Assembly (NCBI GenBank): GCA_958009085.1
Contig: OY253671.1
Span: 1,178,001 to 1,242,000, forward strand
DNA: 64,000 nt
Direction: 5' to 3'
DNA from: Protoeuglena noctilucae
Taxonomy: Eukaryota
Numbering within the stretch: position 1 is the first letter of the stretch; each line of letters starts with the position of its first letter. The notes below the pieces were generated by a model. The model was not told the DNA's origin and searched no databases. It saw only the letters and a program-made list of their open reading frames with translations. The position numbers and the translations under genes were made by a program. Shown piece by piece: positions 21,743 to 35,100 of the stretch.

Positions 21743-24312
21743 ATGGCGGAATCCGGGGTCGAGGCGGCCCCGCCCCCGGCTTGCCGGGCCATCTTCAAGT
21801 TTGGAGGCGCAGCGATCACGGACAAGGTGAGGGCGACTGCGGCGAGGGCGGGGACGGTGTCGCCGACGAGCGCGGAGGCCCACTCGCCTCGGATGTTGCT
21901 GGGCCGTGTTGCTCACGAGGAGTCTGGGCGCGGCGGCTGGGAACGCGTCCTTGCTGAGCAAAGACCTGTCTCAAACGCCTCGTGTGGGTACGTTGCGCCC
22001 ATCAAGGTCCGCCGGCCGGCGATATCGAGCTCGGGGCCTGCCCCACAACGTCCGCCGCAGAGCAAGGAGGAGACGCTGAACCAGGGACACATCGACGTCC
22101 TTGCCAAATGGACGAAGGAGTGTGTAGACAGTTTTGACAAGCAGGGGATCGCCATCGTACACGGGGCGGGGTCGTTCGGGCACCAGGTGGGGACGCAGGC
22201 AGCTGGGGATGGGTGCGAGGGGCGGCCCTCGACGCACCGCGACGCCTCGCGGGCGCACGCGTCCGCGCAGGTCGCAGCGGAGTACGGTTTGTGCGACGCG
22301 AGCCAGCCGTGGGGCGACCGTAAGCGCCAGGGCTTTTGCAAAGCGAGCCTGCAGGTGGTCTCGTGTACGCCACCCCGCCTGTCCCCACCCCATGCCGCCA
22401 TTCAGCCCCGTCAATCTGTCTGCTATGCTCACCCGCGTCGCGACGCGCCCTGCGTGCCCCGCCGCAGGTGGCCACGCTGAACAAGGCGGTGGCGAGCGCG
22501 CTGGTGACGGCCGGCGTCCATGCCAAGAGCCTGGGCCTGTTTGGCTCGTGGGCTACGGACAAGAGGGAGCTGGTGGCTCGGGACCTGACTCCGCCGCGGG
22601 AAGCCCTCCACGCGGGCTTGGTCCCCGTGATGCATGGGGACTGTGTGGCGGATGCCAGCCTGGGGGGCACGGTGCCGTCGGGAGATGTCGTGACGCGGGA
22701 GCTGGCGATGGAGCTGCGTCCGGAGTACGTCGTCTTCGTCACGGACGTGGACGGAGTGTTCACGCGGCCGCCGGGGCAGCCGGGGGCGGAGCTGGTTCGG
22801 GAGGTGGCGGTGGGGCCGGACGGGACGTGGCGGCGAGAGGGCATCGAGATGACGACGGCGGCGCACGACACGACGGGCGGGATCGAGGGGAAGGTCCGTG
22901 AGGCGGCGGGCATCGCCTCGGCGGGCATCTCGGTGCTGATTGTGCGGGCGGGCAGCGAGTCGTGCCGGCAGGCCATGCTCCGGGGCCCAGCGGCCGTCGG
23001 GCCGGACTTCCAGGGCACGCACGTCTTCTTCCGCCCGCCCGCGGTCGACGCCGCCCCCAAGGCCCCCACGAGCGGCTGGGTCCCCGAGGTCAAGCTGGCG
23101 CACTCGATGTGGGGCGAGCCCGACTGTGCCTGGCAGGTGCGAGGCCCCAACTACCTCAAGGACAACAAAAAGATTCCGGCGGGGCGTCCGAGGTACAAGC
23201 TCGTCGCCGTGGACATGTTCCTCACCCCCGCGAAGCAGGTGAGGCTGGCTAGGGTTGGGAGTGTCGAGGTGCGGGAGGGTCAGATTACGCACGCGCCCTG
23301 CCCTGGCTGTCAGCCACCTGCCCGGGTCGGTGTGGGTGAGCTGCGGGGTCGGATAATGACGCGTTGTGATGTCTGCGCTGTCCGCGTGTCACGCAGCCGA
23401 CCAAGCACATCGCCCCGTACCTGACGTGGCTGCCCAAGTGCCCCCACGACCACCTCGTGTTCTGCAACATCCTGACGGCCTACGGCAGCGGCAACCTGAA
23501 CCTCGTGGTCGCGTGGGCCACCGAGAGCGCCGCCAAGCTCGATGAGGAGGCGCCCAAGTTCTCCAAAATGCTCCGTGATTTCTGCGAGGTGAGGGAGTGC
23601 ACGCTTGTGCAAACGCGTATGTCGGTTAAGGTAGTCCCAACCCTTGCCGCCGCGCCCTCATCTGAGGCACGAGCGCCTGGCTGTCGCGGGCTTGCAGAAG
23701 GACGACGCGCACCGCAACAACCGCTTCAAGCTCATCCCGAGCATCGCCAACGCGTCATGGATCATCCAGACCGCCGTGGGGACCAAGGCGAGAGCCGCAG
23801 CGGGCGTGACCAGCCTACTTTTGCGTACTCACATTGTGAGGGCACGCCTTACGGTCGGCGGGAAGACGTGACGGCTCCCTCCCGCTCTTGCTCGCAGCCC
23901 GCGCTGCTGGGGAAGAAGATCACGATGACGTACTACCGCACGCGCAAGTACCTGGAGATGTGCATCGACGTGCGATCGTCGCTGGCGGCGGCGACGGCCG
24001 TGCGTCTCGTGTCAGGGTCGTGCGCCTACCTGGTGGTCGACCTGGCCATCCTCATGGAGTCGCAGCACGATAACGAGCTGCCGGAGGAGATCCTCGGGTG
24101 AGCTGGGGTTCCACGCCAGGCCGGGTGGGCATGCAGATGCTATACAGAGCGCGAGCCCGTAGAGCCACGCGCAAGGAGTCACCAGGGTTAGGGTCCTTCC
24201 CCGCAGTCACGTGCGCTTCAACAAGGTCGATCTCTCCAAGGCCGTGCCGCTGGACCCATCCACGGCTCCGAAGTGGGACGAGCTGCCGATGGTCACAGAG
24301 ACGCCCCTGTGA
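21743..24312 (+). CDS. Fusion of isopentenyl phosphate kinase (amino-acid-kinase fold) and EDR2 C-terminal/DUF1336 domain
   Basis: IPK motifs KFGGAAITDK, VHGAGSFGH, PVMHGDCV, SGD, FVTDVDGVF, DTTGGIEGK. EDR2_C motifs VRGPNYLKDNKKI, RNNRFKLIPSI..SWII..AVGTKPALLGKK, YLEMCIDVRSS, VDLAILME...ELPEEILG. 8 exons. Confidence 0.85.
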
Positions 24313-24717
24313 TGGGTCTGATGTGTCATCCATCACTGGCATCGACTTGTTGTGGCGCGGATGAGACTCTCACGGCTTGAGTCAGCTGTTGTGAGGTGGC
24401 ACCTTGCAGGTGTCTGGTAGCGGCCTGAGCAACGCAGGCAGTAGCAGTGGCCAATCACGCTCGCTTGGATGCACCAATGTACCGTAGCAGGCCGCCAAAA
24501 CACATCGTTCTGGTTGCACAGACACGTGAACCGTCACTCGACTGGTTGTCATTCAATACTCCCTGCTTGCGTGGCACATGCAACCATGGCCCTGACCAGG
24601 GGGAACTGGAAAGGTCAAACGCTGCTACCGTCACCGAGAGTCTCGCTAGGTCGCTGTTCTGCGTTCGTCTCTAAGACCTTTCTCAGATGTTACTAGGTTC
24701 TCAGACCGCGAGGTCCA

Positions 24718-27065
24718 TCACACGCGGCTGCCACCGTCGCTTCTGCCCTGTCGCGGGCCCAGCAGCCGCGACGTCTCTTCCTCAGGCTCCACCGCACCAC
24801 CCACGGCCCCGTCCACCTCCGCGCCTCCCGTCTCGTCCCTCCCGTCCACGACCCTCTCCCCGTTTAACGCCGGCAGCAGGTCCGGCGCCATCTTCGCCAC
24901 CCACCTCGGCACCCGGTCCCACTCCGGGGCAGACGAGTGCTCGGGCGCGTGGTCCACCTCATAGTCCAAATGCACGAACGCACGCTCAACCTCCTCGAGC
25001 ATCTCTGTTGGGTGCGCAGGGGACGCGAACCGTCACGCGACAGTCCAGTGCGACCACACAGGCACGGGTGCAGGCCTGCACTTGTAACACACTCAAGCTG
25101 GCACATCGCGAGCGTGTCCTCACCCAGGCGGTTCTGCAGGGCCTCCCCGATGTCGTGTGCCTCGTTCAGGGGCAGGTGAGGGTCGAGCAGGATGTCCACC
25201 TCGCAGTAGATGCCGCCCCCGAGCGTGTAGGCCCGCACCGTGTCGATGGCCTTGATGCGAGGATCGTGCCGCATGCTGATGAACGTGATCTGCAAGGGCA
25301 ACGACCCAAAGGTGCGTCTCACGTCCTGCGGTGTCACCTACACATCAAAAAATTGCCGCTCTACGAGGACAGACCAAGTGCCGCTCTACCAGGACAGACC
25401 AAAACACCCCTAGCGTCCTTGGGAAGCCTGCGTCGCACATCGCTCGCCTTTTGCAGAAAACGTGGGGCGGGGCTGGTCCCCACGAGGGAGAGGATGTCGT
25501 CGCGCGCCTGTAAGGCCCAATTGACGGCGACGAAAAGGGAAATGGCCAATGCCGCGAGCTGGTCAAGGAACCACAGTTCTGGGAGCACAGGGGAAGAGGC
25601 GAGTGAGGCGGAAGGAGGTGCTGCTTAGGCGTTCTTTAGATAGCCAAGCGAGCCATGGGGTAGGATCTCAGTCTGATTTGTACATTGCGTACGTGTCACC
25701 CGTCAGCCCTAGTGCGATGGCTCACTTGGCACAGCGGCGGCGACGGCGGACCCGGCCATGCTGACACTGTTGGTCACGACGTCGTTGAAATGGTCCTGGG
25801 CGTAAGCCTGGACCGACGAGTCCTGCGCAGGTTGGATGGGGCGGGGCTGGCCGTGAGGGTGGCGCGGGCAGCAGGGGCGGTGGCATAGCGCCCCGATGAG
25901 CAACCCACCGGGTGCGAGCGACAGACGATGAAGAGAATGAATTTGACGACGATGACGGCCGACATGGACGCCAGAATGACGACGAACTCCTGCGGACCAG
26001 CAACGCGGCATGGGGACCGTCACGACATCCCGGCAGGGGACGGTGAATGCTAGCTGAGGTCTGTGCAAGCCGGCTGTGTACCAGCCTTGGCGTACCTTGC
26101 TCAGGCTTCCCTTGTGTTGTTGAATCAACTCGATGATCGCTTGCAGGACCACGTACAGCGACATGGTCCCCATCATGCAGGCGAACGCGATGATGCCTAG
26201 CGACTGCATCCGGCGCTTGCCCACAGGGAAGCGGTACTTGTTGGTGCGTAAAGAGGCCCTGCGAGGGGGACAAGGGAAGGGTTGCATGGGTGAATGCGTT
26301 GGCATGTCCATCCCACTAGGACGCCAGTTCAAGGAGAGAACAACCTTGGCTCTTCCTGCAGCCAAGCCCCCCGCCCCCTGCCCACCACCCTGTGGGAGAT
26401 ACCCGGCCCACCACCCTGTGGGAGATACCCGAGCTGGAGACGCCCTCACCGGGTCGTGAACCACAGGATGACGCCCGAGAGGATGTCCAGGAGGCTGTCA
26501 AGCGCGGAAGCGAGGACCGCCAGCGATCCCGTAAGTGCCGCCACCGTCCCTTTAAGAACAAGAAGCCCCATGTTGGCCGACAGGGACAGGTTCATCAGGA
26601 ATTGCGTGGATCGGCTCTGAGACGCCTCCTGCGGCTGCCCGGCTGGCTCACGGCCGGGCATGAGGGGCGCGGAGGGCGAGCTCGACCCATGTCGCCGGGC
26701 GTCCTCTCGCTCTCGGACCATGCGATGGATGTCTTCGATGCAGTCCGTTGCAAGCAGCTCGTCGATGAAATCGTTCTGCTCCTCGTAAAACGCGACGAGC
26801 TTTTGCGTGCGCGCTGTCAGGCCTCCGCAGCAGCCCCCGGGGTCGTCCGCCCTCAGCGCTTCGATGTCCACTTTACGACTCGCCAGCACGTCGTCCCCTC
26901 CGGTGCCTGCAGGCCCGTAAATGTGATGCCCTTTGTGACGATGAGCTACGCCGCGACCACTGCGTGTTTGGCGCGCGTTTTCGGCCTGCGAGGCGGACGC
27001 GTCTGCCTGTCACCCGCCCATGCCATCTCGCCCCCTAGAGAAACACGCGCAGGGGTTCCCGACAT
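24718..27065 (-). CDS. Cation diffusion facilitator / metal tolerance protein, Mn-CDF (MTP8/9/11-like)
   Basis: SLAVLASALDSLLD and AYAQDHFND (DxxxD/DxxxD, Mn-type), KYRFPVGKRRMQ, IDTVRAYT, AHDIGEALQ, VERAFVHLDY; 8 exons including GC-AG intron 25447-25290. Confidence 0.9.
26380..26431. repeat. Perfect 26-bp tandem duplication inside an MTP intron
   Basis: gcccaccaccctgtgggagatacccg at 26380-26405 and 26406-26431. Confidence 0.9.
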
Positions 27066-27198
27066 GGTCGTCGCCCTCGAAGCGGCGCTCCGTCGAGGCA
27101 GGCTGCACCGGCTATCTGACCACGCGTGTTCCTGCTGGAGCACTCGACTACGCCAGCGCTGCTTCACCCAGCTCAATTCGGTCGCCTGTGCATCCTCT

Positions 27199-28771
27199 TC
27201 AAGCCAAATACACCACTCCCGCCGCGTATGACACGCTAGAGTCCGACATGGACCGGCACCGGCTGGACTGGTCGTACTTGAGCCATTCGACGCGGTAAGC
27301 AACCCCCGCGGACTCCGCATGCGACTTCAGCATCTGTAGGAGCACGCCGATGGGGTGGCGGCCGCTGCGGGGGCGGCGAACTCATCGACCCTTTGCATAC
27401 CTCTCCGCTGCATAGCCACCCGGCGGCGACCGAGGCCGACGCGCGGCTCACCATATCGTGTTCTTGGTCTCTTGCAAATACGACGTGAAGGCGGCCGGCT
27501 GCAGCGTCGTGATGGCGTCCATGCCCCTGCGCATGCGACGACGGGCGTGGTGCAGCCACCCGCGGTCGCGAGCAGCAGGTCATTGCGGGCCATTCGCAAG
27601 CGAAACCACGAGATGACTTGCACATTGGGCAGGCCCTGCCACGTTCAACCCAAGCCCACCTCTTGTCCATGGCCTCGATCGCGTCGCAGATGTCGCCCTG
27701 GCCCTTGTCGTATGGCGTGTAGGCGAAGCGCCGGCCCCAGTGGCAAAAGTCGGAGGAGATGACGAAGACGTTGGCGGGGTCGGAGAGGTACGGGGCGAGG
27801 GCGCGGCCGTACTGCGCCTCGGCATCAGGCGAGAGGGAGCCCACCATGATGGGCACAAGCAGGAAGTCTGCGGGACCATGATGGATGGGAGCAAGGGATC
27901 TCGCGTCGCTGGGGAAGCGGTAGGCGAAACTAGCACACGTGGGACACTGGAACGTGTGGCGGTGCGCGGCACCTCGGTTGGAGAAGGTGTGGCGGATGTA
28001 GGGGGCGTGCAGCTCCAGCGAGTGCTCCGCCTCGTCGACGTCGAGCGGCATGACGTCGAAGAGGCCTGCGGGACAATTGGACGCCGCATTCGCTGCAGTC
28101 TGGGCCGCTCCGCGACACAGCAGCTGATGAAGCGAGAGTTCTGGGTCCCACCCGTCTTGTGCAGCTCGGCGTACACGGCCTGGTCGATCTTCATCGAGCC
28201 CACGGGTGTGTCGTACGACGTTGCCCCGCTTAGGCAGCACCGCCGAGTGAAGTAGTGGTGGCTGGGGCCCAACAGGAAGACCCTCTGCGGTCGAGACGCG
28301 CCGAGACGTCGCGCCGAGACGTCAGCGAAATGTCCAAGTCGCAGACGAGAAATTGGGATAGCCGGAACGACCTCTTCACGGCGCGCGAGCCGCGGCGCGG
28401 GCCCTGACCTTGGGCTCCGCACGGAGCAGCGCCTTGTAGCAATAAGCCCCGACGTGGCCACAGTAGGAGTACCCAGCATGTGGACCGATGATAGCGCGCG
28501 GCACCGGCCCCTCCCCGACCCTCGCAGCGTCCATCCACCTGCGGAAGCTCGCCTCCAGCTCCTCGCCACGGTCGGTGTACTGCGAGCGCATCCACGCACG
28601 CACGCCCGAATCGTGTGAGCGACGGACACGGATGATTAGACGTCAAAGATCGAGACGCGGCTCTCTGACGTGCGCGGGAACGCCGCGTCGCGCGCGTAGA
28701 GCCACAACAGGGCCACGCTCGCTCACCCAGGACCCCGCGTGCGTCGGGCGCCGCACGACCCCATCGCTCAT
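27199..28771 (-). CDS. MEMO1: MEMO1 family protein
   Basis: RRPTHAGSWY, IIGPHAGYSYCG, RVFLLGPSHHY, EHSLELHAPYI, VISSDFCHWG, NTICGRHPI, YDQSS..DSSVSYAA; 7 exons. Confidence 0.93.
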
Positions 28772-29179
28772 GGCGTCCTCGCCCTTCTTCTTCTGCCAAG
28801 GAATCCCGCAGAGCATCCAAGAGGGGCGGAACTGCCAAAAAGTGACCCAAAAAAGGTATTGGATTTGCGAGACAATCAGACTTCTCCGATGTTTTGCTGA
28901 GCTAGTACTTAACTTAACAATCTCGTGCTTGCGGACGGGAGACAAGGCCTGCTGACGCCCGCCTGACTGACACTGACACTGCAACAGCCGCTGCGCTGCA
29001 GCAAGCGCAGCGTTGGACCCGACGACGTGTTAACTTGTCGAAGTCTGAGGCTGTGAGCGGGACATCTTGGCGATTCGGCCGCGCATTGCGCGAAACCGAC
29101 CTCGGCGACACTAACCGGCGGAAGCCGCGCCATCGCGACATCTGCAGGGGGTACGGCGGTGCCCCCCTGCAAAACTGCT

Positions 29180-32100
29180 ATGGTCCACGCTCCCGACGAC
29201 CTCGACTTCGACCTCGGCCGGCCCAGCGGGCCCAGCACGACGCCCCCCGTTGGTGAGTCTCCCCCGGCCAGCCCCGCGCGCCCCGCCTGGCCTGCACCAC
29301 TCCAGCCCGCGTTGTTTGCAGTAAATACCTCGCCACGACCCGCATAATGGCCTCACGTCGCTCCGCGCTCGATAATGCGGGCTGGCGCGACCGTTCGTCT
29401 GCCCCGGCCCGCAGGAATGGATATCTCTGCCCCGGGGGGCGCTGGCATGCGCGCAGAGGACGATTGGACCATGGGCGGTGCCAATGCGACGGCGCCGCCC
29501 CCCGGCGGGCACGCGGCGCCGGTGAAGAGGAGAAGTCGGAGCCGCGGCTCCTTCGGTGGCGAGTCGTTCTTCCCGTGAGTCTCGCGATGTCGTCGCGCCT
29601 CGATGCCGAAGAGAATTCGCTGCGGGGCTCGGCAGCGGACCGCCCATCGGGGGCTCCGCGGCCCTTCTTTTCAAAGGCTGGCCTTAGGTGGTTCCTCCAG
29701 GCCCGCCGTGCCTTCGCGCGCCGCGACGCGCTGCTGCTCGATGACCTCGTACTCGAGACGATGCCCTCGCTGCGCGGGGGAGGCCGCCGGGCCCCCTCGC
29801 CCGGCCCCGCTGGGCTACCTGCAGCGCTTCCCATGGTGGCGCGGCACAGCATGCAATGCCCGCCGGGCCGCCAGCGTGCGACGCGTGCCGCCCGCGACCC
29901 ACGCAGGAAATCGGGAGTGCCGCGCCGGAACGACGAGCTCTATGCGCGGGTGGATGCGTACTACCGGGCCCTCGGGGCCGACAAGCGCATTCACTCCATT
30001 TTGGTGGCGAACAACGGAAATGCCGCCACCAAATTCATCCGCTCGCTTCATATGTGGTGAGTGCACGTCCCTGGCGCCCGGGACCGCGGGGGCGAAGCTG
30101 CTCCCGGCGCGCGAGGCCCTGGTCCACCAATGCAGAGAGCATGTGGCCCGCCGCCCGCGGCCCCCGCGGCCCGCGCCGCGCAGCCAGTCCCCGCGCACCT
30201 GCGTTTCTCTGCGAGCACCGCGGCCGGTGCGCCCGCGAGCCCCGTTCCCCCTCGGCCGGGCCGCAGGAGCCAGAGCACCTTCTCAGACGCCCGCGCCATC
30301 TCGGTGGTGGCCATGGCGACGCCGGAGGACCTCCAGATCGGTGCCGAGTACATCCGCATGGCCGACCAGATCGTGGAGGTCCCCGGGGGCACCAACAACA
30401 ACAACTACGCCAACGTGTCGCTGATCGTCCGCATTGCGGAGCAGACGGGCGTGGATGCCGTCTGGCCGGGCTGGGGCCACGCCTCCGAGTTCCCCGAGCT
30501 GCCCGAGGCCCTCAGCCGGTGCTCCCGGGACGTCCGCTTCCTGGGGCCTCCCGCAGGTGCGGCGGGGGCGCAGCCGCACACGTGGGCGACGCTGCCGGTG
30601 CCAGCGGGTGGCGTGGAGCGCGGGGGCATCGCGATGTCGCGTGTCCCGGCTCTCCACAGCTCCCGTTTGCCCCGTATCGACTGCACGCTGACCAGCCCTC
30701 CCGCGTCTGTGCTTTGCAGGGCCGATGGCTGCCCTTGGGGACAAGGTGGGCTCCACCATCCTCGCCCAGGCAGCGGGGGTGCCAACCATTCCCTGGAGCG
30801 GATCCTCCGTGGCGATTTCCTACGCCGACTGCGGCGGCACTATTCCCCGGGAACTGTACCGCAAGGCGTGCGTCCACTCGGGTGCGTGCGCATGCGACGC
30901 AAAGCCCGGTGCCTGGCCGGGCATGCAGCGCGGGTGGGCAGGGGCAGTCGATGACAGGTTTGCACGCCGCCCGTCTGATGTTTTCGCCGCCGTCTCGCCT
31001 GCAGCGGAGCAGGCGGTGCGGGTGTGCCAGGAGATCGGCTACCCCATCATGCTCAAGGCGTCGTGGGGCGGGGGCGGCAAGGGCATCCGGCGCGTCGGGG
31101 GCGATGCCGAGACGCGCGCCGCGTTCCAGCAGGTCCAGGGCGAGGTGCCCGGGTCGCCTGTGTTTGCCATGAAGCTCGCGCCGCCCTCGCGCCACGTCGA
31201 GGTGCAGCTCATCGCGGACCGCCATGGCAACGTCGTCTCCCTCTACTCTCGTGACTGCTCCACCCAGCGCCGGTGAGGAACGCCCCGCGCCGCATTAAGA
31301 CGACTCCCCAGACGCGTGGCTCTGCGCCGGTCACAGTCACGGCCGGGTTGCATTTGCTTCAGTCAAGAGCTGAGGTCGATGTTCGGCTCTGCCCGCAGGC
31401 ACCAGAAGATCGTCGAGGAGGGCCCAGTGACCGTGGCGCCCCCGCGTGTGCTCCGGGAGATGGAGTCCGCCGCGCGTGCCCTGGCGCGCAGCGTGGGATA
31501 CTCGGGAGCCGCCACCCTCGAGTACCTGTATGCCATCGACAGCGGCGAGTTCTACTTCCTCGAACTCAACCCGCGGCTGCAGGTGAGCGCCGGTTGTGGC
31601 CGAGCGCCAGTCGTGGCTGCTTGTCCCTCAAAGACCAGCGTGGCTTGAGCGAACCTCCCCATCGATGAGACGCGGCGTGTCATGCCCGGTGCAGGTGGAG
31701 CATCCGGTGACGGAGCAGATCACGGGCATCAACCTGCCCGTGTGCCAGGTGCTGATCGGGGCTGGTGTGCCTCTGCACCGCATCCCTGACATCCGCCGCT
31801 TCTACAGCCGGGCGCCGGAGGGCCAGGACCCTATCGACTTCGAAAAGGAGGTGAGGATGGCTGTGAAGAGCGACTGACGATACCAGCACCCACAAGTGGC
31901 GAGGAGGACCACGAGCGGCGGTGGGTGTGGCGAACATACCAACGTCGCGCCCCGTGTCGCCTGCAGGTCCCGCGGGCCCCCACCGGCCACTGCGTGGCGT
32001 GCCGCGTGACGTGCGAGGACCCGGAGGATGGCTTCAAGCCCACGTGTGGCTCCATCACGGAGCTGTCGTTCCGCTCGACCCCGAACGTGTGGGGCTACTT

Positions 32101-35100
32101 CAGCGTCAAGGCGGGCGGCGGGATCCATGAGTTCAGCGACTCGCAGATCGGCCACCTGTTCGCCTGGGGCCCCACGCGCGCGGACGCGATCAAGGCGATG
32201 CTCGTGGCGCTCAAGGACATCCGCATCCGTGGAGAGATATGCACAATCGTGGACTACGTCTGCGACATGCTGCAGCACCCCGACTGGGCCGGCGACCGCA
32301 TCCACACGGGTGAGCGACGGACGCGCACATGCTTGCAGCATTCACATGTATCGCGGACTTGCTAGGGACCAAGGGCGATGAGTTGATTTGTGCCGCCCAC
32401 GCAGGCTGGCTGGACGCCCGCATCGCTGCACGCGTGCGCCCCGAGCGGCCGCCCTGGCACCTCACGGTCGTGTGCGGGGCCGTGATGCGCGCCTGGAGCC
32501 GCGCCAACGCCGAGGCTGGGGAGTTCTTCCAGGCACTGGAGCGGGGCCAGCTGCCACGCGTCTCAGGCAAGCAATGAGCACTCGATGCATGTGCTTGTCG
32601 CGGAGCCAACTGGCCGTGTATTGCTACCGGCGCGACTGCGCGAGACTTTGACGAGACTGTGACGTGATGCTGGGCTATGTCTCCACGCAGAGAGCGCGTC
32701 GGCCCAGGCCGAGGAGTTTGTGGTGGACGGCGTCAGCTACCGGACGGAGGTGACGCGCCGGGGCCGCAACCTGTACCGCGTCTCGCTGCTAGGCACGCAC
32801 GTGGACGCCGCGTTCAAGGGTCTCGGTGACGGGGGACTTCTGGTGCAAGTGGACGGGCGCTCGCACATCCTGCACTGGGAGGAGGAGCCCACGAGCACGC
32901 GCATGCTCATCGACAGCCGCACGGCCTTCCTCAAGACGGAGGTGAGGGGGCACCTGGGTCGGTAGCGCGTCAGCTGGATGCGCATGGGTTGGGGGATGGC
33001 TGGTTGCCGAGGGCAGGTATGGGGTCCCTGGGCTTACAGGATGGATCATGCATTGCACTCATATCATGTCCTTTCTTTTCACCGCAGAAGGACCCCTCGA
33101 CGGTGCTGGCTGCGTCGCCGGGCAAGCTGGTGCGCTTCATCGTTCCCGATGGCGGGGCCGTGGTGGCCGGGCAACCCATGATGGAGATCGAGGTCATGAA
33201 GATGCTCATGAACTACCAGGCCCCGGCATCCGGCGTCGTGCACTACCAAGTCGGTGAGGAGCAGCGACTGGGACGTCGAGCACGCCTAGCGCTTGCAAGG
33301 GTCGTCATCTGCGCGGCTGCGCCCCGGACGAGTGCTTTGCTGACGAATCGCTGGTTCTGTCCTCGCAGCGGAAGGGGCGCTGCTGGCGGCGGGGGACCTG
33401 GTGGCCCGCGTTGACCTGGACATGTCGCAGCCCCTGGAGCGTGCCGAACCGTGCCGCGAGGGCTTCCCCGCCCTGGGCGCCCCGACGGTGCAGGGCACCG
33501 ACGTGCACCAAGTGCTGGCGCGCGTGCTCGGCGAGGCCCGGGCCGTGATGGACGGCTTCGTGCACGACGTGGACGGCGTGGTGGACGACATTGAGGTCTG
33601 CCTGGAGGAGCCCCTCCTGCCGGTGCTCCAGATGCAGGACGCGCTCGCCGCCGTGGAGGCGCGCCTGCCCTCCGGACTCGTCGACTCCACGCGGTCGATC
33701 CTCGAGGAGGTGAGGGCCGGGAAGATAGATCGATGTTGAAGCACGGGGGCGTCGCGCAGGGTGGCGAGCGACGTGCGGCTCGGACGGCCCGCGCCGCGTC
33801 TCGTTTGCCGCTTCTCAGTTCCTCTCACTTCTCTTCAATCGCTTTGCAGTTCAAGAAGGACGTGGAGTCGTTTGACGACGGTCTCCGGCCCATCCCGCCC
33901 GAGTTCCCCGGTGCGGAGATCCTCGCGCTGATCGACGTCGCGGCGCAGACGACCGAGGACCCCTCGCAGCGGAGGGCGCTGGCCGGCAACGCCTCGGCGA
34001 TGCAGGCCGTGGCGCAGGCGCACAAGGACGGCCTCCGTGCGTACGCGAGGGCAGTGGTGCAGGAGCTGCTGGAGCACTTCTTGGCCACGGAGGAGCTGTT
34101 CCAGGGAGACGAGGACACGCTCGGCGACGCGCTGCGGGCGCGGTTCGGGGGCGACCTGCAGGTGAGGGCAGACGTGCTTCGGTCACGGTCACTGCATCCC
34201 TGGCTGGCACGCCCCTGTCTGTTTCGCTCGTTGTCCCAGGCTGCTACTACGCGTGATGTCTCTGCATGTCGTCACCCGCAGGCCATCCTGGACGCGTCGC
34301 TGTCGCACGCGGGCCTGCCGCTCAAGGCGGCCCTCACGCAGCGGCTGCTGTCCACGTTCGTGGTCGAGAGCCCCGACCACTTCCGCCACCACCTGCGCCG
34401 CCTGTCGCTGCTCCGGGGGGCGCACCTCAAGGAAGTGGCCGGCCAGGCCCAGCAGCTGCTGGAGGACTCCCTGCACGCCGAGCTGCGCGGCGTGGTGTGG
34501 CGCGTGCTCAAGGCGGCCTCGGCGGGCATGGCGCTGGTCCCGGAGCACGAGACTCTGGGAGGCTCGGCGGCTGCGGCAGCGAGGTCGACGCGCAAGTCCA
34601 CGCTTGCCGACAGCGTCCTCGACGGCCTCGGGAGCCTGTCGCTGTCGGTGCGCCCGGGCCGCCGCGCGAGCTCTACGGCCGGGAACGTTGCGCGGCCCCC
34701 CACGTCCCCCGCGCGCAAGTCCATCGGGTCCCCCGTGCGCCACGAGGCGGCGATGAGCCCCGACGCGGCCAGCATGCGGTCGGCGTGGCCCGAGGGCAGC
34801 GGGGAGCTGCTGGACCGCCTAATCGTGGCCCCCGCGGCGGTCGAGGACGCCCTGGCGAGCTTCCTCGGCGACCCGCACCTCCGCACGGCGGCCATGCTCA
34901 CGTACGTCCGCCGCGTGTACCACTCGCACCTCGTGACGGAGCCGGCCCTGCTGCCCCCGGCCTCGACGGGTGGCATGCTCGGCTGCGCGTGGACCTTCCG
35001 CGGCATGCTGCCCCTCGACAACGGCCAGCGGCACGGGGCCGTGGAGCGCGGGGTCTTCTTGGTCTTGGAGGCGCTGGATGATATGGAGGCGGTTCCAGAG

